Shown piece by piece: positions 47,404 through 61,100 of a DNA stretch of 64,000 nucleotides (positions are counted from its first letter, which is position 1; each line of letters begins with the position of its first letter). The stretch is taken from contig OZ218958.1 of assembly GCA_965112735.1 (NCBI GenBank), positions 930,001 through 994,000 on the forward strand. Direction: 5' to 3'. Position numbers and translations under genes: made by a program. This DNA comes from Phaeosaccion multiseriatum. Lineage: Eukaryota; Protista; Ochrophyta, other classes. The notes beneath the pieces are model-generated. The model had not been told where the DNA came from. It saw nothing but the letters and a program-made list of their open reading frames with translations, and made no database searches.

Positions 47404-48852
47404 TCATTTTATCCTAATGGGTCCTTCCTCGGTTTTGGAGAACGAATGCGGCGCCTGCGACTCAGCTGTGCCGACCACTCCGTCGTCCAATATCCCTGTT
47501 GTGCATGCAACGGTCTTGGAGCTCATCAGCTTCTTCAGACACTGGTCCGGCAGCTGCTGCGGGATCGTGTGGCCGCTGTGAACGCCGTTGGAGGACTTGA
47601 TGAGCCTGCTGCTTGGCAATGAAGAACTGAGGAGTGCTAATCTCTTGTTTCTTTTCTTGGAGTTCAACATACCCTCCTCATCAGGCTCAAGTTGCTTCAG
47701 AGTCCCCATGCACATCATAAAGAGATTAAACAAAAAGACCCAGTGACTCTCATGATGCCTTAGATAGGGCACTGTGCTGAAGGCGATGAGCACGCTCGCC
47801 CCAACAGCAATCTGCCCTGCAACCTCCGCGCCCGTACTCTTGAGATGCTCCAGAGCACGAGTGGCCTCCGCGACGTCACTCGTTGCGTGTTGCTCCTCTT
47901 GTTGCAGGGGTAGTACCCGTTTGTGATAGTGACTTTGTCTGACGACGTTTTGCATCCCTTTGATTGCAGCAAGGTAGGAGGTAAGGTCTCGGGTCATGGC
48001 CAGGCTCAGTGCGGCAATGAACGCGAAGCTCGCCGCTTGCGCCTTAATCGTGCCGTAGAGAAACAAGCCGAGGGGAAAGACGACGCTGACAACGAGGGAC
48101 ATTGCCGCCACGACGACATACACCGTCAAGGGGGTATTCCTCCAGCCCCCGCAGGCCACCTCCACCACGCGAACCACATAGATGGGCACCAAGACGCCGA
48201 GAAAGAACATTAGCTCGATGCCATGCAGCCTGGCGATTGTCATACTGCCGCCCCAACACTGACACGCCTCGTACGGTCTGCGGGAGGGTAGGGAGTGGTG
48301 TATAAGGCCGGCGGGGTGAGAGACGGACGAGGATTAGATGAGGGGAGAACAGGTTGGACCCTAATCCAGCCAGAGGCCGAACGAAATCCGTAGCTACACG
48401 CATATACACAGCAGGCAGCAATCGACGGAGCAAGACACAAGGTTGACGCCCAGACTATTACCACCTCTCCTTTACCTGTCTGACTGTCTACATACCTTGA
48501 ATCCGTAGAGTGGTGTACGCAGTGCTGCTATTGCGAAAGTATGCAGAGACGTGGACAATATAGATACGCCTTCGACTATGTGCGTCTTGAACGCACGACG
48601 CCAGAACCTCAGGAGGGGCTGTTGAATGCTCATCTCCTGCATTATCGCACTACTTTCTTTGCCCTCGCCGTAGTTACATTGCATCCCATGCTGCGATCGT
48701 CTTTCTTTGGCTTTTCTTTCTCGCTTGGCTTTGCGGTGATGGAACCATAGAATCCGAGCAGCTTTCACGAAGGTCACAAGGCTCATCATGCTGATGATTC
48801 CATTGACGACACGGAAGAGAATAGCGTCTCCAATGAGACTGTATGAAGACAT
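47404..48852 (-). CDS. Orphan 7TM-like membrane protein, paralog C (one extra G near 48250)
   Basis: Exons 48852-about 48496 and about 48277-47404 are collinear with paralog B. TTGGGGCGGC here versus TTGGGCGGC in B shifts the frame. Confidence 0.7.
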
Positions 48853-48855
48853 TCG

Positions 48856-49279
48856 ACCGACGAGGGGTTGTTTCAGCCAGGAAGATAGTAGGACAGGAGA
48901 GAAAGGAAGCGGCCAGTGAGTGTCACATCCATGGCTAACGAAAGCATCGTGAAGGAAGGGCCACTTTACCTCGCGTGCGCCCCCAGCGTGTACTCCACTA
49001 GATAGGGCATTGATTAAAGTGAGACTTCCACGGAGGAAGGCTTTGCGTCCCCCACTGCATGTAAGCTGACCGACGAGGGGTTGTTTCAGCCAGGAAGATT
49101 GTAGGACAGGAGAGAGAGGAAGGGCCAGCGAGTGTCACAATAAGGGACGATGAAAGGACCGCGAAGGAACGGCCACTTTACCTCGCGTGCGCCCCCAGCG
49201 TGTTCTCCACTAGATAAGGCATTGATTAAAGTAAGACTCCCACGGAGGAAGGCTTTTCGTCCCCCACTCCATGTAAGCT
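48856..49279. repeat. Tandem duplication of about 212 bp immediately upstream of paralog C
   Basis: gaccgacgaggggttgtttcagccaggaagat...atgtaagct occurs at 48856 and 49068. Confidence 0.9.
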
Positions 49280-49510
49280 GCTCTTTCAAGGGAATCGAGA
49301 AAAGGCTAAGCCGTTACAGAATCGTTGACTTCCTTCTCTTTAAGGCGTCCCCCCCCTATTTTCCGTCCGCTTCCCGTTCCATCCTTCTCTCTGACGTGCT
49401 GCGACGAGTGCTGCAGCCACTGCCGCTGCTGCTTGCCTGCGCTCCTGCTGCTGTTCGTTGCTGGGGTGAGGAAGGTCTCTGCTCCCGGCCGCGGGCCGGG
49501 TAGGGGCAGT

Positions 49511-52036
49511 CTAGGCTCCTCCTCCTGCTGCTGCTGCTGCTGCTGCTGCTTCTCCCCCTCCTCCTCCCTCTCCTCCTCCTCCTTCTCCTCCTCCTCCTCC
49601 TCCTCCTCCTCCTCCCCCTCCTCCTCCCCCTCCTCCTCCTCCTCCTCCTCCTCCTCCTCCTCCTGTGGTTGTCATCGTGGTTCTTGTTGGCACCTCCTCG
49701 TCCACTCCGTCCTCCTCCTCCCGCTCGTCGAAGAGGGTGGTGAATGTGGCAACGTCGTCGATATGAACCCTTCTCAGCAGGTCCGGCATACAGCACACAT
49801 AGTCGGAGTGCGCTTCGATTATGTCACTGACATTCACATTCTCCACGCCTGAGCGATGTGGACGCAGTCGAAGGGAGATGAGATTCGAAGGAGGGAATAT
49901 TTGACTTTATCAGTAATATCGAACACCCATAAATTGAGTCGATATCGAAGCGGGGGATAGGCAGGTACGCGAAGTAAAGCAGTGAATAGGAAGATCAAAA
50001 GAAGCACACAGCTCCAAGGCAGCCTCAGGCTGGGGAGACAAAAAGGAAGGCGGTGAGCTGCAACTGCCGATCGACGGCGCAATACTGACCACCGCTGAGC
50101 ATCCCTGCTGGACAGCCATGTGCGTCATACAAGCTTAGACACACCCTCGGGCCTGTCCTCTCCGCAGAAGGAGTCATGCCTCGCTTAGACCCACCTCACC
50201 CCACTCCACCCCACCCCAAGCGTGATGCCCAAACGCGATATCCAAACGTTATGCCCAAACGCACCCACCCACCCACCCACCTGGGCACAGGATCGGCTGT
50301 ATGCCCGCCACGCCCAGCGCAAGAGCCTTGGCCCTGTATATGAGGCTGAGGATCCAATCGTTTGTGCTGTACGCGTTGATCATCCGGCCGTGCACCACAG
50401 ATTGGGCCCTGTCCCAACGCCGAACGTCCGTTGTGATGGGCCCTCCCAGAATCACCACGTTCTCGATGATGCCTGCCATGGGGTGGTGTGTTGTGGTTTG
50501 GGGAGGGAGGAGGAGGAGGAGGAGGAGGAGGAGGAGGAGGAGGAGGAGGAGGATGAGGAGGAGGAGGAGGAGGAGGAGGAGGAGACGGAGGAGGAGGAGG
50601 AGGAGGAGGAGGAGGAGGAGGAGGAGGAGACGGAGGAGGAGGAGGAGGAGGAGGAGGAGGAGGAGGAGACGGAGACGGAGGAGGGGGAGCAGTAAGTAGT
50701 AGTAACAGTACAAGAGTAAATGGAGCAGCAAAGGCAGCAGCAAGCAGCATCTAAGCGCCAAGGCCAGACAGCGGAAGCCACCCCCAAAGCACCACACAAA
50801 GCTTCATCCAAGCACGGCCTCACACGGGCTCTCTTCGTTCCCTACTGCTGCGGTCGGTACCTGCCGCGGAGAGGCATGGCCCAGGCAGATCGTCGCCATC
50901 TGCAGGCATGTAACCAACGCCGTCTGCGTTGCCGGCCCCGCTCTCCTCCCCACCCTTGGAGGAGGAGGAAGGACGCCGTGTGCTCATGCTCTTCCGTCTA
51001 TTGAAGAAGCCTGGTTTGATTTCGTTGGGAGGGAGGGAGGGAGGGAGGAAGGGAGGGAGGGAAACAAGAAGGGAGGGAAGGAGGGGGAGAGAGAAAGAGA
51101 GAGAAGCAGAGAGAAAGAGGGAGGGAGGGAGGGAGGGAGGGAAGGAGGGAAGGACGGGCGTATGAGGAAGGAGCGGTGGATGGAGACACTCTGCAAAGAA
51201 AGGGGGGGTCAGCCTGCAAGACTTGCGCTTTCGTTCTCTTCTCGCGACCACCAGCAAAGGAGGGAGCACCCTTTCTCTGCGTAGTCCTCTCTCTAGCCTT
51301 ACCGAAGTCCCTCACCCGCTTTCCTCCCTCACTCTCTCCCTCTCTCTCCCCCTCACTCTCTCCCCCCCTCTCCCTCACTCTCTTCCTCCGTAGTTCTCTT
51401 CTCTCTCCCCCTCTCTCTCCTTGTCTCTCTCTCCTTACCGCCAGTCTTCTTCGTCTCGTTGCTGCCATTTTCGCAACTCTGCTGCTCCTCCCACTCTCTG
51501 AGAAAGGGGGTTAAGGTGGTGACCAGGGGGAGGGGGGTCATGTACAAACGGATAATCAAAGGAGCAAAATACATAAGATTACGTACAGGTCCGACCTCTT
51601 CCACAGAGGCAACCCCCCCCCCCCTTTCCATATGACTCCATCCGCATGCAATACTAGGACCCCTTCTCTGCCTTCGATGTCGAATCTCAACTCGACATTC
51701 GATTTTCGACGCGACATTCGATTTTCGACCCGACATTCATTACGTAGCACGCACCCGTGTATCTTGGCCATTTCTTCGAGGCAGCTGAAGATGAGCCTCG
51801 CACCTAGAGAGTAGCCAACGAGAGTCACCGCACGAGACCCCTGTGCACGCTCCATCAAAGTGTAGGCCAGCTCTCTGAGAGGGGGAGGAGGAGGAGGAGC
51901 AGGAGGAGGAGGAGGAGCAGGAGGCGGTCCAATGACAACGATGGAAGGCAGTACAGTCCACGCAGCAGGCAGCTCACAGACACACACATTCTCACGCACA
52001 CACCCACACACTCACGCACACGCACATACATACACG

Positions 52037-52109
<73 letters not shown>

Positions 52110-54942
52110 ACCTGCCCGCGATGTCTGCCCTCTGCTTGCCAAGCGTCCAGTCCGTATCAATCGAGTCCGCCAAACTTATGAGCGCCAACGGCCAGGCCAG
52201 CGAAGTGATGAGCGAGGACAAGGCCGTTGCTTTTAGTACCTCCTGCGCCGCACTCTTGCTCATGCTCTGCACAAGTGTGGTGACGCTCTTGCCCAACTCG
52301 ACGAGAATGTCGCTCTCCCACACAAGCACGTACTGGTCTGCGTGTGGGACGTGCTCACTCCAGAACCAGGCGTGCACGCGCTTCTTCTCACGCCATCGCC
52401 TTGCCCTCTCCAGCTCCAGCTTCTCCTCCTGCAGACGGTCGGCCTTGCTGCGTTTGCTGTTGCTGTTGTTGTCTTGCGGTACCACCACCACCATCAAATC
52501 TTCGTCTTCCTCCCCCCCCCCCTCCTCCTCCTCGTTCGCCGCGCCGTCAGTTTCGCATTGCTGCTGCGCCCTAACCCCGCTGCTACTGTCTCCACCGGAA
52601 CCACCAGCTCCACCCTTCGCCCCCCCCCTCTTCCACTTGGCGGCGTCCTTCTTGCGGCCAGCATCACTATCATCGTCGTCGTCGTCGTCGTCGTCAGCGT
52701 TGTCAAAGCTTAGGGCATGTACAGGGCTTCCAACCTCCCCCACAGCGGCACGAGAAGACGCATTGCCCAGCTCGGGGGAGGAGCTACTACTACCACCACC
52801 ACCACCACCACCACCACCACCACCACCACCACCACCACCACCACCAGGCCCTTCAGGGGTGCCGATTTCCCCCACCCGCTTGCCCTTGACGGACGTTTCC
52901 AACTTGGCCTCCTCTCCACTGCCTCCGTCTCTGAACGTGTCCACAACGTCCTCCCACATGCCGTCCGCCTTCTTGCCGACAGCCTTCGTCCACGAAGAAA
53001 GGCCCGAGAAGGGTCTGCCGCCGACGCCACCTTTGCTTCTACTGCTACTCCTGTTGCTGCTGCTGCTGCTACTGCTGCTGCTAGCTGATGCTTTGGTCTT
53101 GTTTGCTTCTTCCTTCCTCGCGGACTCTGTCGGTGCCCCGCCTTCTCCTCTGTGCCCCCTCTCCGCTGCGCCACCTTTCTCCTTCTTCTTCTTGAGGTCC
53201 TCCTGCTCCTTTGCGACGACAACATCAACGAGACATCGAATAGCGGCCCAGTCTTGCTCGCCCTGCTCCTTCTCCTCCTTCTCCTCCGCCTCTGTCCTAC
53301 CCTGCCTCTCGTACACACCCGATGAGGCCAGCCCCCTGTTGTCACCACTGTTGCTGGAGGAGGAGGAGGAGGAGGAGGAGGAGGAGGAGGAGGAGGGGGC
53401 GGACTTGCCTCCCTTGGCCCGAGGGGACTGCGCTATCCGAATTGTCGTCTCGCTATCGAAGGTAACGGGTCGATCCTCTGTGGCTCGTACCTGTAAGTGT
53501 ACATCCCCCCCCCCCCCGGATAAGCGAGGGAGAGGGAGGAGCGTACGCGAATAGGGAAGAAGGGATGCGATATAGAGGTGGTGCGACACATGAGGAAAGA
53601 GAAGAGGGGAGAGAGAGACAGAGAGAGCAAGAGCAAGAGCGAGAGAGAGAAGCAGGAGATGCAAACTCAACACCATTGCAGGTGCAGGACTGCCTTTTAT
53701 GCAGGTGCGGAACTATGCTTTCTGCAGATGCAGAATGCCGAACTTCCTTCTGCCTTCCAGGTCTGTGGTCTGTGTGCAGCTCACTCACTCACTCACTCAC
53801 TCACTCACTCACTCACTGACTGACTCACTCACTCCACTCATTCATTCACTCACTCACCCACGCACTCACCCACCCACTCAATCTTGTAACTCACTCCCTC
53901 ACTCCCTCCCTCCCTCACTCACTCACTCACTCACTCACTCACTCACTCACTCACTCACTCACTCACTCACTCACTTACTCACTCCCTCACTCCCTCACTC
54001 CCTCCCTCACTCACTCACTCACTCACTCACTCACCTTCCGCACTATCGCTGGTGTGAGCTCAGCCCGAGGGTCGAGGCCGTAAGTCTCTCGGAGAGCTGT
54101 GCAGAGGGCTTCCTCGTTCCCCTTCCACTGCTTAAGAATCTGCGCATCAGACAAGGCGGGACGCGGCACGTGGACGAAAGAGAGCAAAAGAAAGGGCATT
54201 GGGTAGAGTAAGGGCGTAAGGAGCAAGAGCGATTCATGCATCTCTTTCTTTCGCTCTTCTCTCTCTCCCTTGTGCGCTCTCTCTCTCTCTCTGTGTCTTT
54301 CTCTCTGTGTGTCTTTCTCTCTGTGTCTTCCTCTCTCTGTCTCTCTGTCTCTCTCCCTCGCTCTCCCTCTCTCTCTGTCTCCCTCTCTCTCTGTCTCTCT
54401 GTGTCTTTCTCTCTCTGTCTTCCTCTCTCTGTCTCTCTGTCTCTCTCTCTCCCTCGCTCTCCCTCTCTCCCTCTCTCTCTCTGTCTTCCTCTCTGTGTCT
54501 CCCTCTCTCTGTCTCTCTCTCTCTCTCTCCCTCGCTCTCTCCCGCTCTCTGTCTCCGCCCCTTTCGTCTCTGTCTTACCTTACTGATCTCAGAAATCTGC
54601 CATGCCGAAATGTCGTTTTCGATCCAATGTTGCAATTGAGAAAAAGAGTAGGGTCGGGTGAGGCAGAGTTTCAATTTAGAGTGAGATTGGGATGGGTTGA
54701 GTGGCAGCAAGGCAAGGAAAAACCGGCCAACACACAAATTCAAACTGGCACAGGCGAGAGGAGGGCGAGCGCATCTCCTCCTCACACACACACACACATC
54801 CACACACTCTCTCTCATTCTGTCCCACACACTCTCTCTCCATCGCCTTCCTCCTCTCTCTCCTCCCCCCCCCCACTCTCTCGATGTCTATCTTCTTCACT
54901 CACACGCAGACTCGCTGTCGCCCTCCCTCTGTCCCTTCCCTC

Positions 54943-54989
<47 letters not shown>

Positions 54990-57251
54990 ACCATCTCAGG
55001 GTTGAACAGAGCGTAGTAGCGCTGCAACCTCTCCTTGGCAGGCAGGCCCTTCGGGTCCACACCCCACGCCCTCTGCTGGTCCAGCTTATCCGCCAAGACG
55101 CCTTTGGGTGTCCAGTGTTAAGTTTTGGGTCCAGTGTTAAGTTTTGGGTGTCCAGTGTAAAGTTTTGGGTGTCAAGTGTTTTGGGTGTCAAGTGTTACGT
55201 TTTGGGTGTCAAGTGTACGTTTGGGTGTCAAGTGTGGGGTGTTGGGCATTCGGTATGTGGGGAGGAGTAAGGAGCAGGAGTATCATGTGTGGACACCGTC
55301 TAACTAAGCAGGGATAAGAGGACGCACAGCCCCTTACTCACCACTCACTCACTCACCCACCCACTCACCCACCCACCCACCCATCCATCCTCGACTCATC
55401 ACTCACTCACCGCTGACGCAGAGCGACACTGACATTTCGTGCCCTCCTTGCTCGAGCACGAAGGCGAACTCATCCACGCCTTTGGTGCGGCGCTGCATCT
55501 TCCGTCCTACGAGACCGGCTCCTGTATCGCATTGGGTTGTTAAAGGTGATGAAGTTGGGTATCAACGTCCTTCAACGTCAAAGGGCAGCGGCAGTGGCGG
55601 GCGGAGGCTACCGGCGCAATGAAAATGAAGCACAAAGGATGCCCCCCGTCCCTCCCTGAATGAGTCCGCCGCCTGTCTGTTTACCTGCCTGCCTACCTGA
55701 CTGCCTTTCCCAGAGCACTGCATCACTCTAACTCACCACGATCACCTCCCTCTACTCACCCACACACCCACCGCACACACCTCTGTCTAGCCCCCCCCCC
55801 CTTCCCTTTAAAAGGCGCGCCACACGCACACACCCACCCCACCCCGCCCCACCCCGCACTCGCACCTGTCGCCCCGAACACCGTGTAGATCCACGCAGTC
55901 GTGGTGAAGGTTGCTAGGGTCGAGGCTGCGCTGACGCCAATGACGGCACTACTTGCTGCCACACCGGCGGCGATGGCTGGCGCAGCCAAGCCACCTGCAC
56001 ATTCATTAATTCACAATTGGGCAGGAAATGGGTATTCCGTGGTGAGGGTGAAGGAAGGGACGGGTGCTCAACGACGACTCCTCGAGCAGACATACGCGGC
56101 ACGGATACCATCCTTCTCATTCCTCACTCTTCTTGCTCTCCTTCTCGCCATACTTCTCCTGCTCCTGCTCCTACTCCTACTGCTGCTTGTACCGCTGCTC
56201 TTCCTCCTCCTCCTTCTCCTCCTCCTCGTCGTCCTCCTCCTCCTCCTCCTCCTCCTCCTCCTCCGCCTCCTCCTCCTCCTGCTCCTCCTCCTCCTCCTCC
56301 TCCTCCTCCTCTTACAACAACAATAACCCTTCCATCTCCTCCCCCGCCCTCTAACTCACCTGTGATGGCGAGCAGTGTGCCTCCCGCCACGGCTGCCAAG
56401 CCGATTTTTGCCCCTCTCCACTTGTCCGGCGCGATATCCCTCGCTCCCTCCACGCCTCCTCCCTGCTGCTGACCCTCCCGCGCCTTTTCTTGAATGACCA
56501 GGGCCAACTTCTCCTCCACTGCGCAAATACCTCTCAAGGCATTGGTAGCATTATGCTCGTCTGCCATCGATGCATCCCCCTGCCCGCCCCCCCACGGAAC
56601 CCCGAGCGCCCCGCTTACCCTCCTAAAGGCCACTCTCGTCCGCGCATCGTAGCCTGCGTGCAGCGCCACGGTCACCAGCAAATCCCTTGCGATTTCCCGT
56701 CGCCGCTTTGCACTTGCCGGCAACAGCCGACCATCTTCCGGGGCACCCGCAGTAGCAGCAGCAGTAGCAGCAGCACCAGGACGATGAGGAGGAGGAGGAG
56801 GAGGTGGAGGTGGAGGAGCAGCAACAGCAGCAGCAGCAGCAGATGGTGATGGTGGTGCCAGGGACGTTGCCCCGTCTGTGTTTGCTGCCGGAGGCGGTCC
56901 CTCCGGCTCGATGAGGAAAACGCTGACGCGCTCTTTCCACGTCAGCCTGCACTCTGGCGGCAGCTGCACCTGATACTGCTCCATCAAGGGCTCCAACCCA
57001 CCGCAAAAGTCCTTTCCGCCCAAGCCTAGGAGCTGCACCACATCAAGGAGCAGCTCGGAGTTCCACCGGCCCCTCTCCAGGTCATCCCTCGGAAGACTCA
57101 CGGCGAGGATTCCAGCTAGGCACCGGCGCTGGTCCGTCGATAAGGCGGCGAGGACCGGGCTCTCGATATTCATCTTCTTCATCCGGTCAATTTCTTGCCT
57201 TTCACGGAAAATTCGTCGCGCGTTGAAGCCATTTCTTCGAGGCCTCCTCAT
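49511..57251 (-). CDS. DUF726 / TMCO4-family alpha/beta-hydrolase-like membrane protein, multi-exon
   Basis: Motifs GYDARTRV, KIGLAAVAGGTLLAITG, YVLVWESDILVELG, LAWPLALISLADSIDTDW, VTLVGYSLGARLIFSCL, IENVVILGGP, RMINAYSTNDWILSLIYR and ENVNVSDIIEAHSDY. Confidence 0.9.
55103..55245. repeat. Intronic minisatellite (ttttgggtgtccagtgttaag-like)
   Basis: About 7 imperfect copies. Confidence 0.8.
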
Positions 57252-57878
57252 CCAGAGTCACAGATGGCATTATGGTCGCGGGTTCAGTTCCTACAGGTCG
57301 GTACCAAAACTTTATTCTGAGAAAATTTTGCTTCCATTTTGATTATAGGCCTCTGCCTCCGCCCAGGCACTAAGCTCCAATCGATAGCTGAGGGTGAGTG
57401 TGATGTCTCGAGGCTGGTGATCTATCCCCATCGGGCTCCTTCTAATCCTCTTGGGGGCCTGATTTTCCAGAAACTAAATTTTCGCCCCCGCCCGCTCACG
57501 GCTTCCTTGCGCAGGTGTGCTTCTGGCGGGACGCAGCAATAGCGAAGGGACGAGGCCGGACAGAGGTTAGACCGCCCCACTACTTGTAAGCTGCTCTTTA
57601 CGGGAGTGCAGGCATTGGTGGGAGAAGTGGCGGCTGGACCTGGACGCTAGGCGTTTGAAAAGGATTTGCGCAACCAGAAGTCCACACGTGTTTGGGTGCC
57701 CCGCCCACACGAGAAGAGAGAAGCAGGAGGAGCAGCAGCAGCGAGAAGGGGGGAGGAGGAGGAGGAGGAGGAGAGAGCCGTGGCCGGCGGGGGGGCGGGG
57801 GGCTTTGCCAGCTCCGCACCTCTGACGGGTGGTTTTTAGTATGGGGCGATGAAACCGTGTTGAGGTGGGGTGGGGGCA

Positions 57879-58132
57879 ATGACCTTCGAGTCTCTTCCAC
57901 CGCAGGGAGGGGGGCGGGAGGGAAGCATTGCCAAGGAGAAGCTCCAACCGCACGTAGTCACGGTCGCCGATGGCTCTCTCCTGAGTAGGGAGAGCAGTAG
58001 CACTTCTTCCGCGGAGGGCGGACCACAACACGAAGGGAGGGGCGAGGGCACGGCGGCGAGCAGCAGCACCAGCGTGAACCCACCATCGCCTCAGCTTCAT
58101 GTGCAGCAACCGCAGCAGGTGCCGCCGCCATC

Positions 58133-58166
<34 letters not shown>

Positions 58167-61100
58167 CAGCAAGCTGAACAGCTTCCGGCCGGGCAACCGA
58201 TGTTGGAGCTACAGCCGCCGGGAGATACAGGGGTAGCGGGGCAATTACCTGCTGCGGCCCCAGCTCTTGGGGGTGCTCTTGCTGCTACCAATGGTTTCAC
58301 TGCGATGGCGCCTGTGGGAGGGATGGTAGTCGGGGGGCAGCATGGTGCAGACAGTGCTCAGCCGCTCACCCCGCAGGCTTCAGGAGGAGGAGGCTTGGCG
58401 AGCAAGCCACTCGGCACACTAGGCTTAGTAGCAGCGGCTCCGTCACCAACGCCGAAAGCACTGACGGAGGAGACGAAGTTAGTCAAGCGCAGAGTGGTCG
58501 TCAAGACGCCGTACGATCCAAGCGAGGACCGCCACAGCAACGGCACTAGTAGCAGCGGTGGCAGTGTCGGTAGTAGCGGTACCAGACCTCGGTCCATGTC
58601 GACAGGAGTAGGAGGGCCATGGCTGGCCCAAGGAGGCCAGGGGGCAGACGGGCCGGACACACCCAAGCGGCGCAAACTGGCCGGGCACGGGAAAGTCTGC
58701 CCTCATTGTGGGCAAGTGGTGGGGCCCCGCAGCAAGCGCTGCAAGTTTTGCCAGGGAGAGATTTACATGGACTCATCAAAGAAGGGGAAGCAGGACGCTG
58801 CTGTGGGCGTTGGCGCGGGCGCGGGCGCGGGTGGAGGGGCGGTGAGGACTGCGGCGGCCGGGGAAGGGGCGGGGAGTGCAGACGTTTCGGCGGGGGTTGA
58901 GGGGAATGGGGTGCTTGGTGCGACTCGTCAGGCTTCGAGTAGGATATACAACGTGAAGCGACTGACCGTGAAGGTAGGAGCCAAGACTAAGAGTGATGAA
59001 GGAGTGCCCAAGGCCTCGCTTGTGCAGCAGTTGGCAGAGGCCCAGGAGAAGCTCAAGATTATGGAGGCGCAGTCGTCCGCTCTCATCAAGGCGCGCCAGG
59101 AGAGGGAAGAGGCGGAGGCAGCAGCAGCAGCGGCAGCAGCGGCAGAGTACGAGTCAGGAGAGGAGGAAGGGTACGGCTATGATGACGATGAGGAGGAGGA
59201 GGAGGAGGAGGACAGTGATGGCATGGGCGGCGGGCTTGAAGGAGGGGGGTCCCTCAAGATTAAGATTCCTCGAGCCACTTTGGAGGGGATGGGGCTCAAG
59301 CTTGGGGGCAGCAGAGGGGGTGGTAATGTGGGCAAGAGCAACGGCGGGCATCACAAGAGGAAGAGGAGTGGGGGAGGGGGCGGAAGGAGCCACCGAGCCA
59401 AGGGCAAAGGTGGCAAGCAGCAGGGGGAGCATGCGCACCACCATCACCACCACCAGCAACAGCAGAGGCGAAAGAACAGTCTCATTCGGCCCAGGAGCGA
59501 GACCACACCACAGCCACGACCCCCTCCCACTCTGGAGAGCATCTTTCCGACGAGGGTCTTTGGCAGAGAGATTGTGCCGTCTGATTTGGACGCCTTGGGT
59601 GAGCGCTTTGGCATGCACGCACAGGCTCCAGGCAGCTTTGCCCTCTCCGCCCTCAGTGCAGTCCCTCCGAGCCGGCTGATGAGCCACATTCAGTCTCTTC
59701 GGATGGAGTTCCTCTCTCGCACGCTCCGCCCCCTGCTGCAGCGAGTCATGCTGACCACACTCAACAGGGATGGGTTGTTCAACGCGCCTGTGGACCCGGA
59801 GGCCCAGAACCTTCCTACCTACCGCGATGTCATTCAACACCCCATGGACTTGGGTACCGTCAAGACGAGACTGCAGGAGCTGTGGTATCGGGAGGCGGAC
59901 GAGTTTGCTGAGGACGTGCGGCTCGTGTTTGGCAATGCCATGAGGTTTAACCCGGAGCAACACTCGGTGCACCAGGCTGCGAAGGCTCTGCTGCTGGACT
60001 TTGAGACGGAGTACAGCAAGATTGTCTCTCGTTTGGCCAAGGACTCTCAGAAGAGGTGCGAGCACAACTGCATGCTGTGTCAGGGTCAGACGTGTGCTTT
60101 GTGTGGGGATAAGTGCATGCGGCTGGAGCCCCCTGTGCTCATCTGTCACGGCCCTTGCAACCAGCGCATCAAGAGAGGCACTTCGTTCTACATTACCAGA
60201 GATGGCAGCCGATTGTGGTGTCAGAAGTGCTATCACAGCCTCCCCAGTCATATTCCAGAGGTGGAGGAGGAGTGCATGGAGGAGCCGGAAGAAGCAGCAG
60301 CGACTGGAGGAGGAGGAGGAGGAGGAGGGATGGAGCGGCAGGAGCGTGGGGAAAGCACAGAGGTTGCTGGGGCTGGGGATGGAGCGGACGTGGAGCGGTG
60401 CCGCCGTAGCAGCAGTTGTGCTAGTAGTGGCGTGGGCCATGATTCGACTGGCACGGGACTGGAGCAGCTGGGTCAGAGCGGAGGAGGCGCACCAGCAGTC
60501 GCACTGGCAGTTGCACCAGCACCAGCATTAGCACCAGCGGCTGGTGGTGGTGATGGTGGTGGTGATGGAGGAGGCGGAGGAGGAGGAGGAGGAGGAGGAG
60601 GAGGAGGAGGGACAGCTGCAGCACCAGTAGAAGGCGGAAGTGGGGAAGGCTTCGGAGGCTCACGGCCTGATTCAGTCCCGGTGGTGCCTGTAGCTGCCGC
60701 TGTTCCTGCTCCTGCTCCTGTCCTTGCTCCTACTCATACCCCTGCTGCCCCCTTGAGCCCCCCAACAGCTGCTGGCATGAAGGGGGAGGATATGGGTGCA
60801 CCGCAGACAGTAGTGGTAACGCGACGCAGATCATCGTCCGCAGCCGCTGCTTTGCTGGAATCGGCGGCACCACCGGCAGCAGCAGAAGGAGGACCGCCGC
60901 AACCACCAGCATCAGCAGCACCAGCACCAGCACCAGCAACATCTGCGCCGCGAGGAGACGGCGGAGGAGTAGGAGCAGCAGCAGCCGCCGCGGCAGCAGC
61001 AGCAGCAGGAGGGGGGGGGGGAGGGGGAGGGGGAGGGGGAGGGGAGGGGGGGGACGAAGGGAAAGACGCAGCGCCGGCCCCGTCCGACGGCGTTGTCCAC

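Noticed and set aside
2189-48852. Idea that the FNIP, F-box, ankyrin, GBP and 7TM genes form one immune gene cluster
   Set aside because: They are interspersed with housekeeping genes, and nothing in the sequence shows co-regulation or functional linkage.
51686-51740. Short 19-bp tandem repeat (cgacattcgattttcgac)
   Set aside because: Three copies in an intron with no further structure.
55103-55245. Telomere-like TTTTGGG repeats
   Set aside because: They are embedded in longer 17-21 bp intronic units and are not a pure telomeric array.
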